Source: Raillietiella orientalis
Taxonomy: Eukaryota
DNA length: 64,000 nt
Assembly: GCA_036172245.1 (NCBI GenBank)
Contig: JAYWIR010000003.1
Location: 5,022,001-5,086,000 of the forward strand
Reading direction: 5' to 3'
Shown: positions 12,101 through 26,379 of the stretch, in pieces
Numbering within the stretch: position 1 is the first letter of the stretch
Layout: each line of letters opens with the position of its first letter
Notes under the pieces: generated by a model
Databases searched by the model: none
Seen by the model: only the letters and a program-made list of their open reading frames with translations
What the model was told of the DNA's origin: nothing
Made by a program: the position numbers and the translations under genes

Positions 12101-14679
12101 TCCTGTGATGAAGTGATTTGTGTGAAGATAGTTAACCTCCAAATCAGTAAACTTCTTTATACAAGCTAAGCAAATTAACAAATATCTTGACTGTATTTCT
12201 TATAATTGTTTTCCAACCTTTCGTGGATGACTAATCATTGATCCATTGGAAGATTACAACACCGAGAGACCATTTGGTTAATATCGTAATCTACCTGATT
12301 GTGTTGCAAATAGTAAATTTTTCAATGCTTTCATTCAGTCATATGTTCACAGGCCCCTGCCTGAACTTGCTCTATATCCTTTGAGTATGCATTGGTGTGC
12401 AGAGACTTTGTAAATGGGTATTAAGCTTCATATAATATGAACTTTTAAAAATACCATATAGAGAGAATGCTCAATTCTCATATACAAATGTAGCTGATGG
12501 AATGAATTAACAAGTGATTGCAATAAAGGATCCATAAACTACTTCACTTTTATATTTGAAACTTAAATATGTCACATTTTAAAGCTGAATTATTTTAATA
12601 AAGCTGGATTTGGTGGCAATGAATCTAATACGATGTCCGAGATAAATAGGATACGTTAAGAATGAAGGCACAAATACATGTTAAAAAGAGGTGACTTGCA
12701 AATTAACTGTATGAAATCAGAGCAATTTCTTATGAAAGTTACTAATCTTACATATTCCAGACACATTCAATTTGCTCCAGTTGCAAAAATAGGTAATCAG
12801 AACTGCTATATTTAACAGTATCCTTGTCTGGTTCAGCTCAAGAAAATTTATTTCTGTCTTCTGTTATAAGCAAGTTTAAATATCCAAAATCAATGAAAAC
12901 GATGTCTTGTGGCGGCTTTTTCGGATTATAGCCATAAATTTGTTCTTCAGGCATACTGACTACAATTATTTCTAAAGTCTGCAAAAATTTTTTTTGAATA
13001 ATTTTTCCATTTCCTAATTTTAGTATCAAAGGTTATCTCATTCTTTGTTGCTCTTACCAAATGAAAAGTATTCATGCAAAAATGGAGATGTGAAGTACAG
13101 TGTGGCAACACAAATGCTTGTCCGGCAAAGTCTAAGATAACTCAATTCATGATTTTCGACAGTGGCAATTAGGTTTTAGATCACTGCAAAATCTTCCTCT
13201 TTCCCCTGTAGATAGCAAGGCATATGTGAAATTCCATTCCTATACTTCTATATGGCTAACAGTACTGTAAAGAATATTTTGTTTTCTTTATTGTATTGCT
13301 TCATGTTTCTTTTTTTACAAGTGAACTTTTTGTACCACATATTTGCAACACCTACAACATGTATTTTCTTAAATCGAATTCTATAAATTAGACACTGAAA
13401 TTCACTATGGGTTTGCAACCATAATTTTTGTTGAAGAGACTGTATTTCCTTATAATTTTCATTAGCCACTGAAGTCCAACAACATATATTCAATTTCACT
13501 TTTTCAGACCTCACAAAATATTCCAAAATGAAACTCACTTAAGGGTGGATGATGATTTACAATAACACATGGCAAAACAAGAAAATACGATTTCCTCTTA
13601 AAACAAGGATTGGAAAGGCATTTCTCTTTTTGTTTTTTTTCCAACATCTACAACACAAGTTGCATATATGTCAAGCATGTATCATTTGCAAAACAAAAGT
13701 ATGCTCAAAACTAATACATGCATAAATAATTCCACCCTTATTGCTTTTGAAAAACTTACTAATCTTTTAAAAAAATATGGGTGAAATTAAATTAAATTTA
13801 CTATATTCCAATGCACAAATGGCACTGGCACACAATGACACATGCTATACAAACAACACACCTAGGTATATCCTGAGCCTTAGCAATCAGCAAATTACAA
13901 TGGATATTACAATGGCAATAAACTGCTTGAATGACAAATAATAATTACAATATCATTCTACTTTGTATAATTGAGTGTGATTTGGAATAAATTTTCCAAT
14001 CGAACTTCAGCACATACACTTTGAAAAGATGCATCAAAAAAGATTCAAGTGAACAAAACATAATCTTGACACACAATGGGCACACACACAAAAAAAAAAC
14101 TGAACCCTTGACAAAGACTCATTGATAAAGAAACAATGCATAACTTATGAAGAGCATCAGCATCAAAAGCAAAATTTCCGGAAAATTTTTACAGAGAACT
14201 GTTTAATACATCGATTTAAATAGTGGAAATTATTTTCAAACAGACAAGAAGACAAGCTTATTAGAGTCCCCATACACAGTCACCATATCATACATCTCAA
14301 GTTACCCATAAGATCACATCCTTCCAATCATTATTTCAGAAAAATTTCCATTTACTATACTTGAGACTAATAACATGAAAATTCAGATTTACAAGTTGTA
14401 GCAATTGCTGACTCTAGTTGATGTACATGAAGTTACATAAAGAGGTAAACTAAACTCCAAACTAACCTGTATGCATTCTTTTTCTTTGCAAGCATTCAAA
14501 ATGCTATAAATACAGTATTTGATGGCTTCATGTCGAATGTAATAGCCTCTATGAATCAGCGATGTTCTTCGTATTCGTTTTTTTTTGGTAACAAAAATAG
14601 GCAGCCACTCATCTGTGAAATACCCATGTTGTGAAGTGGATAATTTTGAAACCATACAAGAGCAATTAGTGAATTGAAC
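9119..14679 (-). CDS. LCMT2: tRNA wybutosine-synthesizing protein 4 / leucine carboxyl methyltransferase 2 (LCM methyltransferase plus kelch repeats). Exons: 14679-14467, 12005-11840, 11666-11501, 11393-11204, 11157-10522, 9724-9350, 9301-9119
   Basis: Seven exons join in frame through GT-AG introns (1929 nt including stop). Motifs: VQFTN..MVSK, LIHRGYY.R, QVVSFGAGYDT (SAM-binding), SECSITY, YEQ.LP.DGFG, E.FDEFE...KC.HY, kelch repeats (RWRHAA, RHSH, RYSH) and the C-terminal GGGGNCFSFGT typical of TYW4/LCMT2. The start exon lies upstream (see 16180-16206). Confidence 0.95.
13540..13740. mobile_element. Putative ~200-bp MITE (PIF/Harbinger-like ends) in a TYW4 intron
   Basis: 10-bp perfect inverted ends TAAGGGTGGA (13540-13549) and TCCACCCTTA (13731-13740), with TAA/TTA outer triplets, around a non-coding AT-rich interior. 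Confidence 0.35.
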
Positions 14680-14764
14680 CTTGAACACAAGCAGTATTGC
14701 AAAAGTTTAAGTTACAAAATCATAAGACAGTGAACATATTTCTCATGAACTATTTTAACATTCC

Positions 14765-14770
14765 TTTATT
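14765..14770 (-). promoter_or_regulatory. Polyadenylation signal of KRR1
   Basis: AATAAA on the minus strand about 35 nt after the KRR1 stop codon. Confidence 0.6.
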
Positions 14771-14804
14771 ACAAACATTATTCACAAATATAAGGATAAG
14801 ATGA

Positions 14805-15824
<1,020 letters not shown>

Positions 15825-16179
15825 TTACTCAGTTTGTGCTTCCAAAAATTCTGCCTGATGAAGAAAACTCGTATGATATCCGCATTAATAACGTGGCATT
15901 AGCATTAGGTGGATTTGGGGTGACCAATTTCTATCCAAACTGAGAAACACGGCTCACACTTGTCTGTAGTTTTCCAAGAAGCTTTTGGAATCGTGCTTCC
16001 CTTTATCTGAAATTCCGAAACCGTGCGTCTTAAAGCTGTTTAAAAAAAAGTGGAGGGAAGCATAACAACTCTTTAGCCAAAACACAACGCTTTACATACA
16101 ACCAAATACAGCAAAACCGGAAACACTGCAAACTTGGAAGCGGAAAATTCCTTAAGCGAACTTTCAGGTTTTATTTTAC

Positions 16180-16206
16180 CTTTCCTTGATCTCTTTGGAG
16201 ATGCAT
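16180..16206 (-). CDS. LCMT2: Candidate first coding exon of TYW4/LCMT2 (MHLQRDQGK)
   Basis: ATG at 16206 and nine codons ending at a phase-0 donor AAG|GTAAAA that joins in frame to the phase-0 acceptor at 14679, giving MHLQRDQGK-VQFTN. Inferred, with no transcript support. Confidence 0.5.
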
Positions 16207-16958
16207 TGAGGGATGCAGCCAGGAGACATATTACCACATTTATCGCGAATGAGGGCTTTCCTGGAAAGCTCCTTCAGACAATTCTACTGCCAACATGGAA
16301 AAGATGGAGCCCAAAGTGACGTCTTGTATGCACGCTGGATTCCCTTCATGCATTTTCCTTTTATGCATTTATGTGGTTCTTGATTGCTTTATCCGAAATG
16401 CTTTCGGATGGCTTTAAAAAGGCATAGCATACTGTAGTTGTTTGTTTGAATGCATAATGTTTTAAATGCAAAAGTTCATTTTCAGAAATTCATTGTTTGC
16501 GTAGTATAAGTCGACAATTTCGTTGTGCATAAGCTCTACTTAAGATACATTATTCATGTAACTCAAATGTTAAAATTCTGGCTACTCTACAAATGAAAAC
16601 AAATAGACAACGAGGAAATCAAAAATAATTGATATAATTTCTGGTAACAATTAATCGACAGTGCGTATCAGTCGTACACTCTATATATTCACATGTAAAT
16701 CAGTCTTCAGTTTGCAAAAGCATAATGGAGAAACTCGAGGTTTTGAAAAAGCATTCAATCCTGAGGACTGGCTAGTTGGAAATTCTAACAAACTAAAACT
16801 CGAAATCCTTAACGATTCCTTTTAAAAAAGATAAACTTGTCCATGACAGGAAATAATCAAATATACTCAGATCTGATCTTCATTCCACGATCCTAAATTA
16901 ATAAAATGGATCAAACGATCTCCAGATGATGGAAATCCTTTGAGTTCTTTTTCTTCCA

Positions 16959-17210
16959 TTTTTTTTTTTTTTCTTCGGATTTTGTTTTTTTTTTGGTTCG
17001 CAAAGTACCTCCAGAGCCGTCGCGTGCCTCGCGGCACACGTGGCTCTTTAACACTGTTCCCCGCCACCCGTGGAGGGTGCATGTAATTCTTCAAGATAAG
17101 GGGTACTCCGGCAGGGTCCTCACCCTATGAATCCAGGAAGGGCTCCGAGTCTGTTACTCTCACGCCTGGGGAGGGATCACCCCCTGGAAAGGGGGGGCAT
17201 CACACCTCCG
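16959..17210 (-). mobile_element. 5'-truncated copy (3' tail plus poly-A) related to the SINE at 53531-54422
   Basis: Poly-T on the plus strand followed by TTGGTTCGC...AGAGCCGTCGCGTGCCTCGCGGCACACGTGGC...CCCTATGAATCCAGGAAGGGCTCCGAGTC, which aligns with 53541-53740. Confidence 0.75.
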
Positions 17211-17269
17211 TCATATAAAAAAGTAGAAGCGTTTCTTCACAAAAGCCGAAAAGAGCTGAAAAGAATGGG

Positions 17270-18873
17270 GAATATAACTTAGGATTGAGGACAGCGTAAA
17301 GTACCTCGGGGAACTTCTTGACAATGAAACATCAGCCCTGGAGCTGCAGCGTTGGTCGACTATCCTGGCCAGGCTGCGCGAAGAAGCCAGCCAGTCGGGG
17401 CTCACTTCTCTCAGAAGGACGAGGCCAACCTCTGGAATGGGGTGATGGTACCCAAGCTTCACTCCGTTGAGTCCTTTCAGACGATTCCCCCGAAGACGGC
17501 AAAGCAGCTAGCCGACATTTAGAGGAACCTTGCATGGAACGGCAGAAGACCCAAGGAGAAGCTGTGAAGTGCCTGTGTCGCCCGCGGACGAAGGGAGGCA
17601 CCGACATGCGCGGCGTCGCCACTGCTGTGAAACTCCAGGACCTCAAACATCCGGTCTGAATTGTCAGCACCTGGGACGACTGGCCATTCATGTTATTCCG
17701 CGCCCTCACAAGGCTGGTGCGTGCAACTGACGGCCTGACGTCAGCCATGGCACTCACCGCGGGTGACTGGAAACAAGTGGACCCTAGATGGACACGAATC
17801 CAGCGACTCGTCGAGAAGCTCAAATTGAAAATCGTGCCGAGGAGCAAGGAGCTCTGAGACAAAGAATTAATCAAGGTGATCCTGCTGTTTACCGGAGTCC
17901 CTTGGGAAACCCAAGAATGGATCACAAAAACCAGAAAAATGACATTGCAGGAGTGCGAGCGACTGTCCAGTAGCGTGGATATCTACGCAAGACGAGTCCT
18001 CGCTTACAGAAACGAACTTCAAGGGAGAATAACCCGCAGGGCCCATGAGCTTTGGCAAGACTAAGGCACACAATGGTCCAGGATGAACCCCCAAATCACC
18101 AACATAAGGATGTTGGAAAACGTCCCAGCATCCGAAGCGATGGCAAAGATGAGGTCCAGACTACGCAACGCCGCACTCGACCCACTGGCGTTCGGGAGAG
18201 TCCTGTGGAGATCCTCGTTGCCGCCGAACATTCTGGACTGCCTCCTGATGTTTTACTACGGATGCATCCTGTGCGGCACGAGGCTCCAACACTGGACTGG
18301 GAAACCCGACGACGACCGGTGTCCAGTGTGCGGGTCGATCGAAGACGACCCGCACATCTGCACTTGCCGAACCCTCGTTCGGGATTGGAGGGTGGTGAAG
18401 CGGGCGTTAGAGATGGAGGACACGTCGATGCTGGAAATACTACGAGGACTCTTCGGAGGCGAAGAAGGCGCCCCCCGCTACAGCCCTACCGTGCGGGTGG
18501 CCGTCGCTTTCTTCATGAGGAGCATCCTCGTCAGAAGGACCAAGTTGACCAACGGACACGTGTGCACTGACCAAGACATTCTCTCATGACTCCTGAAAAG
18601 GGAGGTAAACATCCGGGCGTGCGGAAGAGTTCCATCTTGGACCCTTTTGCACTGCCTCAGAATTCTGAACTTTGCGGCCAGGACGGTGTAGTGTTGTACC
18701 CTCGCAGACCGCATCAGTGATTGTGTGTCGTGTTTGCAGTGGGATTGGCTCGTATTTTGTTTTAATCAAGTCACCTCCCGCGAGTCGGACTGAGGAAAGA
18801 GAATATAACTTAGAAAACGGAAAAGAATACATACAAACATAAAGCATGTAAGGGCACAAAGTAAATAAAAAAA
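17270..18873 (+). mobile_element. 5'-truncated L1/Tx1-clade non-LTR retrotransposon, family A copy 1 (RT thumb, C-terminal zinc-binding region, 3' UTR)
   Basis: VKYLG, W..IL.RL, ANLWNGVMVPKL, LAWNG.RP, LCRPRTKGG (cf. L..P...GGL), then CPVCGSIEDDPHICTC (CCHC knuckle). Several stops and frameshifts; A-rich end AAATAAAAAA near 18863-18873. Confidence 0.85.
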
Positions 18874-21334
18874 CAACGCACATGACTTTACCATGTTTTT
18901 TTTTTTTTACAATTATTATATCAGTCCGTATTCTAATTAATTATGCATAATAATATAAATACTCTATACTTTGGCAACTATTAAACTTCCATGTGAGATC
19001 TAAGAAATGAAATCGAAAATAACTTCATTATTTTACAGACAAGTTACGAAATCAAAAGTTGAAATACAATGTTGAAAGTTTTTAATAATATAGTCTGAAG
19101 ATTTATGAATATGTAATAAAAGATTCTATGATAAAAAAAATGCAAAACAAAACTTTAGGTATCATTCATAATCGCTATAGAATTCATTATAGGATATATT
19201 ATGCTCCGCTATCATACTGATATTACATGATATTTATTCCTATAATTGGACACAATTTTTTGCTGCTTTCTGAATTTGTAATTATACTGTAAGAATCAGT
19301 AATCCAGGATTATCGGTTAGGAACCTTTTGCATCAACTGAGTAATCATTTTGAGAAACTACATAATGCAATTGCAAAGATAAATATTATTTATTAAGGAA
19401 AATCGGATTAAATTTAAAATGGTAGTATTAATTTTAAAGAGCCTATTAAGCAAGCCTTTTAGATAACAACAGCATCCAACGTACGCAACGCTCTGCAATG
19501 TGCTGAGCTTGGGTAAAACATGAAAGGATGCATGGAGAATCATCATGGATTAAAATAATATTATTCATTCTTATAGCAGTGATAACTCAGTGTCGTATAA
19601 TGTCACAATTATTTTCAGATTAAGCAGCATAGACCATGATAGTAGAAGCTCTCTTTTATATTAGGACAACTTAAGAGAACATATAACTCAGGAATATTAA
19701 TGGAACATTGGAACACCGATAAGACTGCACAAGGCAAAGACTGAATTGAAGAATTGAAAGAGATGTGATAATTTGGAGGCAGATGTTACAGTGTGGATGT
19801 GCACAGGAAGCATTCTAATTCATAAAAATGTTCTGAGAATGCATCTCAGTTTTGAGTGGATCACTAGAAATTACTCTTAAGATCACAAATCTGTATCCCA
19901 AACCTTTATACACAAATTCTGCATGCTTTCAGCTAGAAATCATATTTACTGATGTATGGCATCAACGAAAGCAATCCAAATGTTGGTAGTGAATATTTGG
20001 AATAGTTTGCATCATGTGGGGCGAAAACATGCCTTCGGGGAATTACATCATACGGTCTGACAGCACAATGTTTAAACTGAACGATATGTGCGCACTTATT
20101 TATTCGTCTCTTCACAGTGCTCCGTGAAAACAAATTTGTAAACATACTCATGTTACGACATCCTCGAGAAGAGTTGCAGGACTCTAAATGGAATGCTGCA
20201 AAAGCCTAATATACTTTACGAATACTGCAAATAAATGGTGGACTGAAGTTTAAAATTTTTGTGGAATCACCTCATGCATAATTAACATATCCATGCATTC
20301 ATCTTTAATCATACCTAAAACATAGTTCCTAAAAATACATTAAGTATGACTGGGTTGCTGCCATCCAAATGACGTTGATTTTGTTTTCAATAGCACTTTT
20401 CATGAGTTTGGTTTGTGGATAACCAAATGTAGATACACTTTTATTTGTTTTAATTTTATACTTTTATTGCTGGAAGTATTGTTTGTTCTCCTGAAAGTTT
20501 TTGATAAAATAAAATGTGGCTTTAACACATTTAACACACACACTAAAAAACAAATAAAAAAACGCTGAGTTCATGCACAAATTTCGATTGTATTCGTTTA
20601 ATTTCATTTCAACTATTATCTTGGTTTTCAAAAAGATAACTACAGAATATCAAAAGCAAGGTTGAATAACACACACAGGCAAATATAAAGATTTTATTGT
20701 AATTATCACATTATAGTTTTTGAAAAAGCCATTAATTTTATTCGTTTTGCTTTTTTAACTGATGAATAACGAAGGTTTCAAATTTGCTCAACCTTAAGTG
20801 TCTCATACTCATCAAATTCTCATCAGTTCATTCACAAACAGGTATGCTTTAATCATAAATTCATGAATGTTTTCACATATTTTCACGTCACTTTCCCTTT
20901 GATCGTCAATCTTACTCACTTCACTGAATTGCCTAATTGACTAATTTTGAAAGTAAGTATCATTTATATCCTTGAATTCATTTGCTTTATCATTTCAAAG
21001 ATTGGTCTTCACGGTGGCTTTCAATCTGATCTTCAGTTCAAGCTCAGTCCTAGAAAATATCACTGCTCACTTTTAGTGCTGCAGTAATGATTCTGAAATG
21101 CCATCGAAAAGTGACCAGAATCAGATGAACAAGGATTTCTAATTCATAAACAGCTTTAATTCAACAACACATTTAGTAATTTACGCTCGTGTGTTGGTAA
21201 TCAATGTTTTTGGTACTTCAAACGTGTGGCGAGGTAATAGTTTGTGGTAGGTGTTGTATAAATATAACTTATTTCACTACACAGATATGTGAAAGTATGC
21301 AAGCCCTACAAACGTAAATTGAATCAGTTGAATA

Positions 21335-22695
21335 ATGGTGTTGTCAAAATTCCCATTCAGCCCATTTCCGACATTTTTGCATGCGAAACTTAGATTTTCG
21401 AATGTTGGAAGTTTTTGTTCAAAATCCAGAAATTTCTCATTGCAAAATAATGACCCTTTAAGCCTTGCTACGTCATACGCCTGGAGAATTAAATTTGTTA
21501 CAGGTGACTTGAAAAGATCTTTGTACAACATCTCCAAATCTCAATTCTGCAGTACCTCTCCCAATGATGGTTTTGCGGAAATTGAAAAAGTACCACGGTC
21601 AGATCCAGTTTTACCCCACGATGCTGAGTGGCAGGAGATCACAAATAATGATCCTGTTTTAGAGAAGAAATTTAGATTGATTCAAATGGAGTATCAAATG
21701 TTAAGAGATACAGAGTTCGAGATCCCTAATGTAGTGAAAATGCAAGATTGGAAGGAACTCTTGGAACTAAATTCATCTTCAAGCAGGCAAAAATATTTGC
21801 GCTATATGTTTCTGAATGAAAAACATGGAGAAAATCAAAAATTGCGAAAGATAGAAAAAAAAATGCAGAGGCATCAAGACAGGGAAAAAACATTGACTGC
21901 CTTGGCTAATGGTGCGATTGTTTATGGTCTGTGGCTGAACACATTATTTTATTATTTTTCTGATGTTCGTCTACATTCATTGCAAATGGCAAAGTTGAAG
22001 AATGCAATGTTGTTTGCCCCCAAATTGGTAATTGACTTGAGTTATGACTCTCATATGAGTAGGCATGATTGTAAAGATACAGCCAAACAACTTACACTGT
22101 TGTTCAGCTTGAATAGGGAACATAAGGAACCTTTTGATATGTACTTCTGTAATTTTGATAAAAGTGGTCCTACAGCAGAGCACCTGCTGCGCAGCATGCC
22201 CACTTTATTAGAACCCACATTCCCATTGAATGTGAGTCCTCATAACTACCTAGATCTGTTTCCCAGAGAAAAGTTAGTATATCTTACTCCCCATTGCAGC
22301 CATGCATTAACTAAGTTTAATCACGAAGCAGTGTACATCATTGGAGCCTTTGTAGATAGGCAAACTAGACAGCCATTATCTTTGGCTAAAGCAAAAAAAG
22401 AAAACCTAGCCACAGCTAAACTCCCTCTTGATTTGTATTTGAAGTAAGGCATGCAACTGCATTTTCAGGGAGATCAAACTCTTTCAGATGGGGAAGTGGA
22501 TCAGGGAAGTCTTTAACCCTAAACCAAGTTATAGCCATTCTCTTGGATGCTCAACTAGATGACAATTGGAAAATGGCTGTAGAGAAACATGTGCCACCAC
22601 GGAAGCTCGTTGATTCTAATGAGAAGCTAAGTCCCAGAAGGAGACTAGCAAAACACCGGTTAGCCTGGTGGGATGATCCTCTAGAAGTCAGGTGA
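21335..22695 (+). CDS. TRMT10C: Mitochondrial RNase P protein 1 / tRNA m1R9 methyltransferase (TRM10 SPOUT family), 438 aa. Exons: 21335-22443, 22488-22695
   Basis: N-terminus looks like a mitochondrial targeting peptide. Motifs LVID.SYD..M, QL......NR.H.EPF, YLDLFP.EKLVYLTP, VYIIGA.VD, SLAKAK.E. A 44-nt GT-AG intron restores LPLDLYLKWGSGSGKSLTLNQ...W.....HVP.RK, as in arthropod orthologues. Confidence 0.95.
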
Positions 22696-22838
22696 GGTAG
22701 TCTCCTATATCACAATTGAAGTGAAATTTATTTACAGAGAAGCTAGAAGGCAGTCTGAAAATGTGGCTTCCATTTTCAAGCAGTGACTTAGAATCAACAG
22801 ATTCATGTCTTCAGGAAATAAAAAATGGATAAACTCTG

Positions 22839-25374
22839 TTACAGGAACTTTTCTTCTTGTCCTCTCAAAGACAACTCCTCTTGTGGAAGTAGGGGAACTT
22901 TTCGTTCTTTGACTATGGAGGTACGTTTCCACTTGCTGTCACCACACTGAGGGCAGCTGTGGATGGGAAAACGGTACAAGCTTATAGTCCTATGAGCACA
23001 TGTGTCACACTTGTAGAATCGTTTGAAAGTGTCAATTTGTGTAAGAGTATGTCCTAAAGACCGACACCGTTCAGCTGCTCCAAGGGCCAAATAGCGACAT
23101 TGGCGGCACAAAGTGGCATGCACAGGCACTTCCGTTATCTGAGCCATACCCTGATGCAGTTCATCTTCTAATTCAGCTTGTGCAAAGTAACCACTCATTT
23201 GCTGAGCAGCTAATTCTCCTGCATGGCCAGACTGAGTTTGCAAAAGCTGCTGAATTTGCTCTTGAGTTAGTTGAACTGGCATCAACCTATTAATTTTAGT
23301 ATCTGATATAGCAGCTTCTTTATCTAGATTGCACGAAATTTTCTTCTTCCAGGCCTGCAGGTCTTTTACACGGTCCTTACTACGTACTGGCTGTGTGCTT
23401 GCCTTGGTTAGAGTTTTTGAGAGAATTTGTGCTGCTTTTTGCTAAACAGAATCATGATGTTTGAGCAATTCTTTGGCTTACTTTTTTGTAGTCATTCAAA
23501 GTTATCATACAGTTATCCTTCCTGGAATCTTCTGGTATGCTGCTTCCTATTGTAGGGATCACACTTTGATGCTTTTCCAAGAATTGTTGGGCAGTCAGCA
23601 TGTTGGGTGGCTGAGCTGACTGTTGCTGTTTCTGATTAAGTTGCAAAAGGTTGCGAACCCCTGCTGTTGGAACAACCATCATCTCTTTCCTGAAAACCTT
23701 TTAGGTTTAATAGAACAGCAAAACACACATTACAGGAAGTTTTCTTCTTCAGCATGAATTTCATTGCGAGATTTGTTACTTCTGTTGGAGGAGGTTTTAG
23801 AATGCATTGGTTGTTTGCGTTTGAGAGCAGAAGGTGCAGGCTAAAAAACAACATAAGTTCACAACAGGTGAACCACATACTGCTGATAGCCTTTGGAAAC
23901 TTTTAGGTATTGCACCAGTAAAAGTGCTATTGATATCAGTGCGACGACGCTTCATGTGGCGGTACTCCTTTCCCATGTGGTATGCACAGACACGACATAC
24001 TGCCAGATTCACTACATTGGTGCATTTGTTTCCTTGTGCTGTAACACTATCACAAATGCCAAAGTCTGCTGCTTGACCTATAATCAGCACACGCCGGGGA
24101 TTATCTATAGAAAGCGTAGCTTCTGCATTGGAGTGAGCCTCATTTTTCCCCAGGATTGTGGGATTTAGCATTCCAATTGCTTTGCCAGTTGATGTTTTCC
24201 ACAGCTGGTCCAAAGCAGACCCAAACAAAAATACACTCACCAATTTGTGGCAGTGCTTTAAATCTGTAAGGCTCCAAATTGCATAGCGATTACCCTACAA
24301 AGCAGTAGGAAGTTCGATTTTCCAAAAAAATTTCTTACATTTTTGCTAATTCTAGATGCTGTTTTCCCAGCAATCACACCAAGCATAACCCAATCTCCAG
24401 AAACATCATTGTTTTTCATGTACAGAGATAAAGATGATGGAATGACAACTTTTTTTCCAAGCATCAAAGCATCTAGTTCTTTGTGTGCAATGTTTGCCTT
24501 CCTTGAAACCCAGTAGTGTATGTTCAGAATGAATGTATGCTCACCTGATTCGTAGACCAGAATGTCGTTCTACGAAAATATCATGGAAGTCCATTGGAAA
24601 TGTGCTTAATGATACTTTGATTCGGTCTCTGATCTTCTGAAGTAATTGCTTGTCTGATGAAAGTTCTACATCTCGTTTTTCCATCTTTCTAGTTTGCTAC
24701 ATCTGTGAATCATAGAATTCTATTTCACTTAAGACTTACCCCCTCATTACATTGAGGTTTCATCTCATGCTGATAGCTCTTCTTATGAGGGGATGTGTGC
24801 AGTCTTTCAGAATTCCTCACTTGGATCACCTCAGACAAAGCACACATCTTCTTTTGTAAGACACACAGCTCAGTATGCAATTCCTGATCACTTTTGTTTT
24901 CAAATAGTGTATTGTATTTTTCTTCATTATTGACTGGATATTGGCAATTAATGTTGGTTTCTGTCACAAGTAACATTTTCATTAGATTTCCTCATGAATA
25001 AAAAAAAAGAATGAAATATATTCTAGCATAAGCTTGGGTCAAGGGACTTTTTAATATATAAGAATTTTTAATATATAAGTAACTTTTAAATATGAAGCAC
25101 TAGCTTTCAAGCCACATTTTTAAAAATGATATTCCTCTTACTACTGTGCTTTAAAATTGAAACAAGGGTTGCAATAATTTACGCTTATGTCGACCAATGC
25201 CTTCCGTATTCCTCGAAAATAAATGAAAATGTAATATTAGCCGAAGGTGAAAGGAACAATAGCTATACCCGTATCTCCAGTAAAAAAGTTTTCTTTTTCA
25301 TCATTTCTATCCTCTTCCTGAATAAGTGAGGATAATATATCTAAGCTAATGTCTTCTTCCCGGTTGTGATCCAT
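22839..25374 (-). CDS. MCM10: Replication initiation factor MCM10, ~667 aa. Exons: 25374-25269, 24990-24740 (alternative acceptor at 24960), 24696-24545, 24501-24339, 24294-23881, 23840-23734, 23689-23482, 23441-22839
   Basis: Exons join in frame. Motifs VERHSGLRI, DWV.LGVI, Y.IW.L.DL....VSVFLFG (OB fold), G.A.DFG.C...G.KCTN.VN...C.YH (zinc finger), PTAG.RNL, C-terminal zinc motifs CRQC.Y...C...H and KRFYKC..C...CPQCG..KW.R, ending LRG.EEKFL. Confidence 0.95.
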
Positions 25375-26379
25375 AGCAGCGTACACATTTACTCTCGCTA
25401 CATTCATATTACCGCGCTGCATGAATACCATTATACAAACCATAAAAGCTAGGAAACATTAGATAATCAAATGAAATTTTCATAGCATGTATAACCATAG
25501 CTGGTGTATTCTGTAAGTATAAATTATTGTATTATATTTTCTTTATTTGTTTGGGTTACATTATTATAACATTGCTTTCTGCCGAATGCCATGGTTTTCG
25601 TGATAGGGTATTTTTTTTTCATTTTGAGAAGATAAAGCATAATTTACAAACTCATAGATTTCATAATTACAACTTAATAATTAATTAAAAGAGTTTTTAA
25701 TACTTAGCATTGCCAAAAGATTAAAATACTCTTCTTCTTACAAAAGATATACTCTGCATTCATATACAGCTCCTAAATTTCGTAATCAGCATCCATTATC
25801 CCATCAGGCAAGATCCATATTTTGTAGATTTGATTACAGAGCTTATTACGGACTTGTCATTTCACAAATATTTCTTATTGAAAACAAACAACCGGATATG
25901 TTTTTTTTATTCCTTTATAAAAAGCAAAGTATTCGTATGTTAGTCCAGTATGTAAATAAACGTATTGTATATGTTCTATTTGGACATTAAGAAATTTGCT
26001 TTGTGTTCATGAACGCTAATGCACATTTATTTCTGTGTTCATAAATTCACACTGTACTTTAATTTGAATATCATCTGAAAATCATTTCAGTTAAACTGCA
26101 AGTTGTCTGATTGAACTTATGGAGGTGATATACCTAACCTTTCAGTACTAAGGAAGGGAGGAAGTAACCATGCTTCCTGACTTCGCCGGTGACTTCTCAG
26201 CAGTAATTCCGATGGCATAACATCAAGGCACAATATGGCCCTAGCCTTCACTATATCGGTACAGTTTTGTAAGCTTCGCTTCATAAAGCTGTGTTCCAAT
26301 TCTGATAGATATCTTAAAAGACCCCAAATCGTCGTTTATTTTCGATGATACTAATAAGTCTATGTCTTGAGATTGAGAA

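Noticed and set aside
19600..21060. Exon-like segments with splice signals (plus 19619-20250; minus 20760-21050)
   Set aside because: Every frame has several stops and I recognise no protein; possibly pseudogene remnants, but unsupported.
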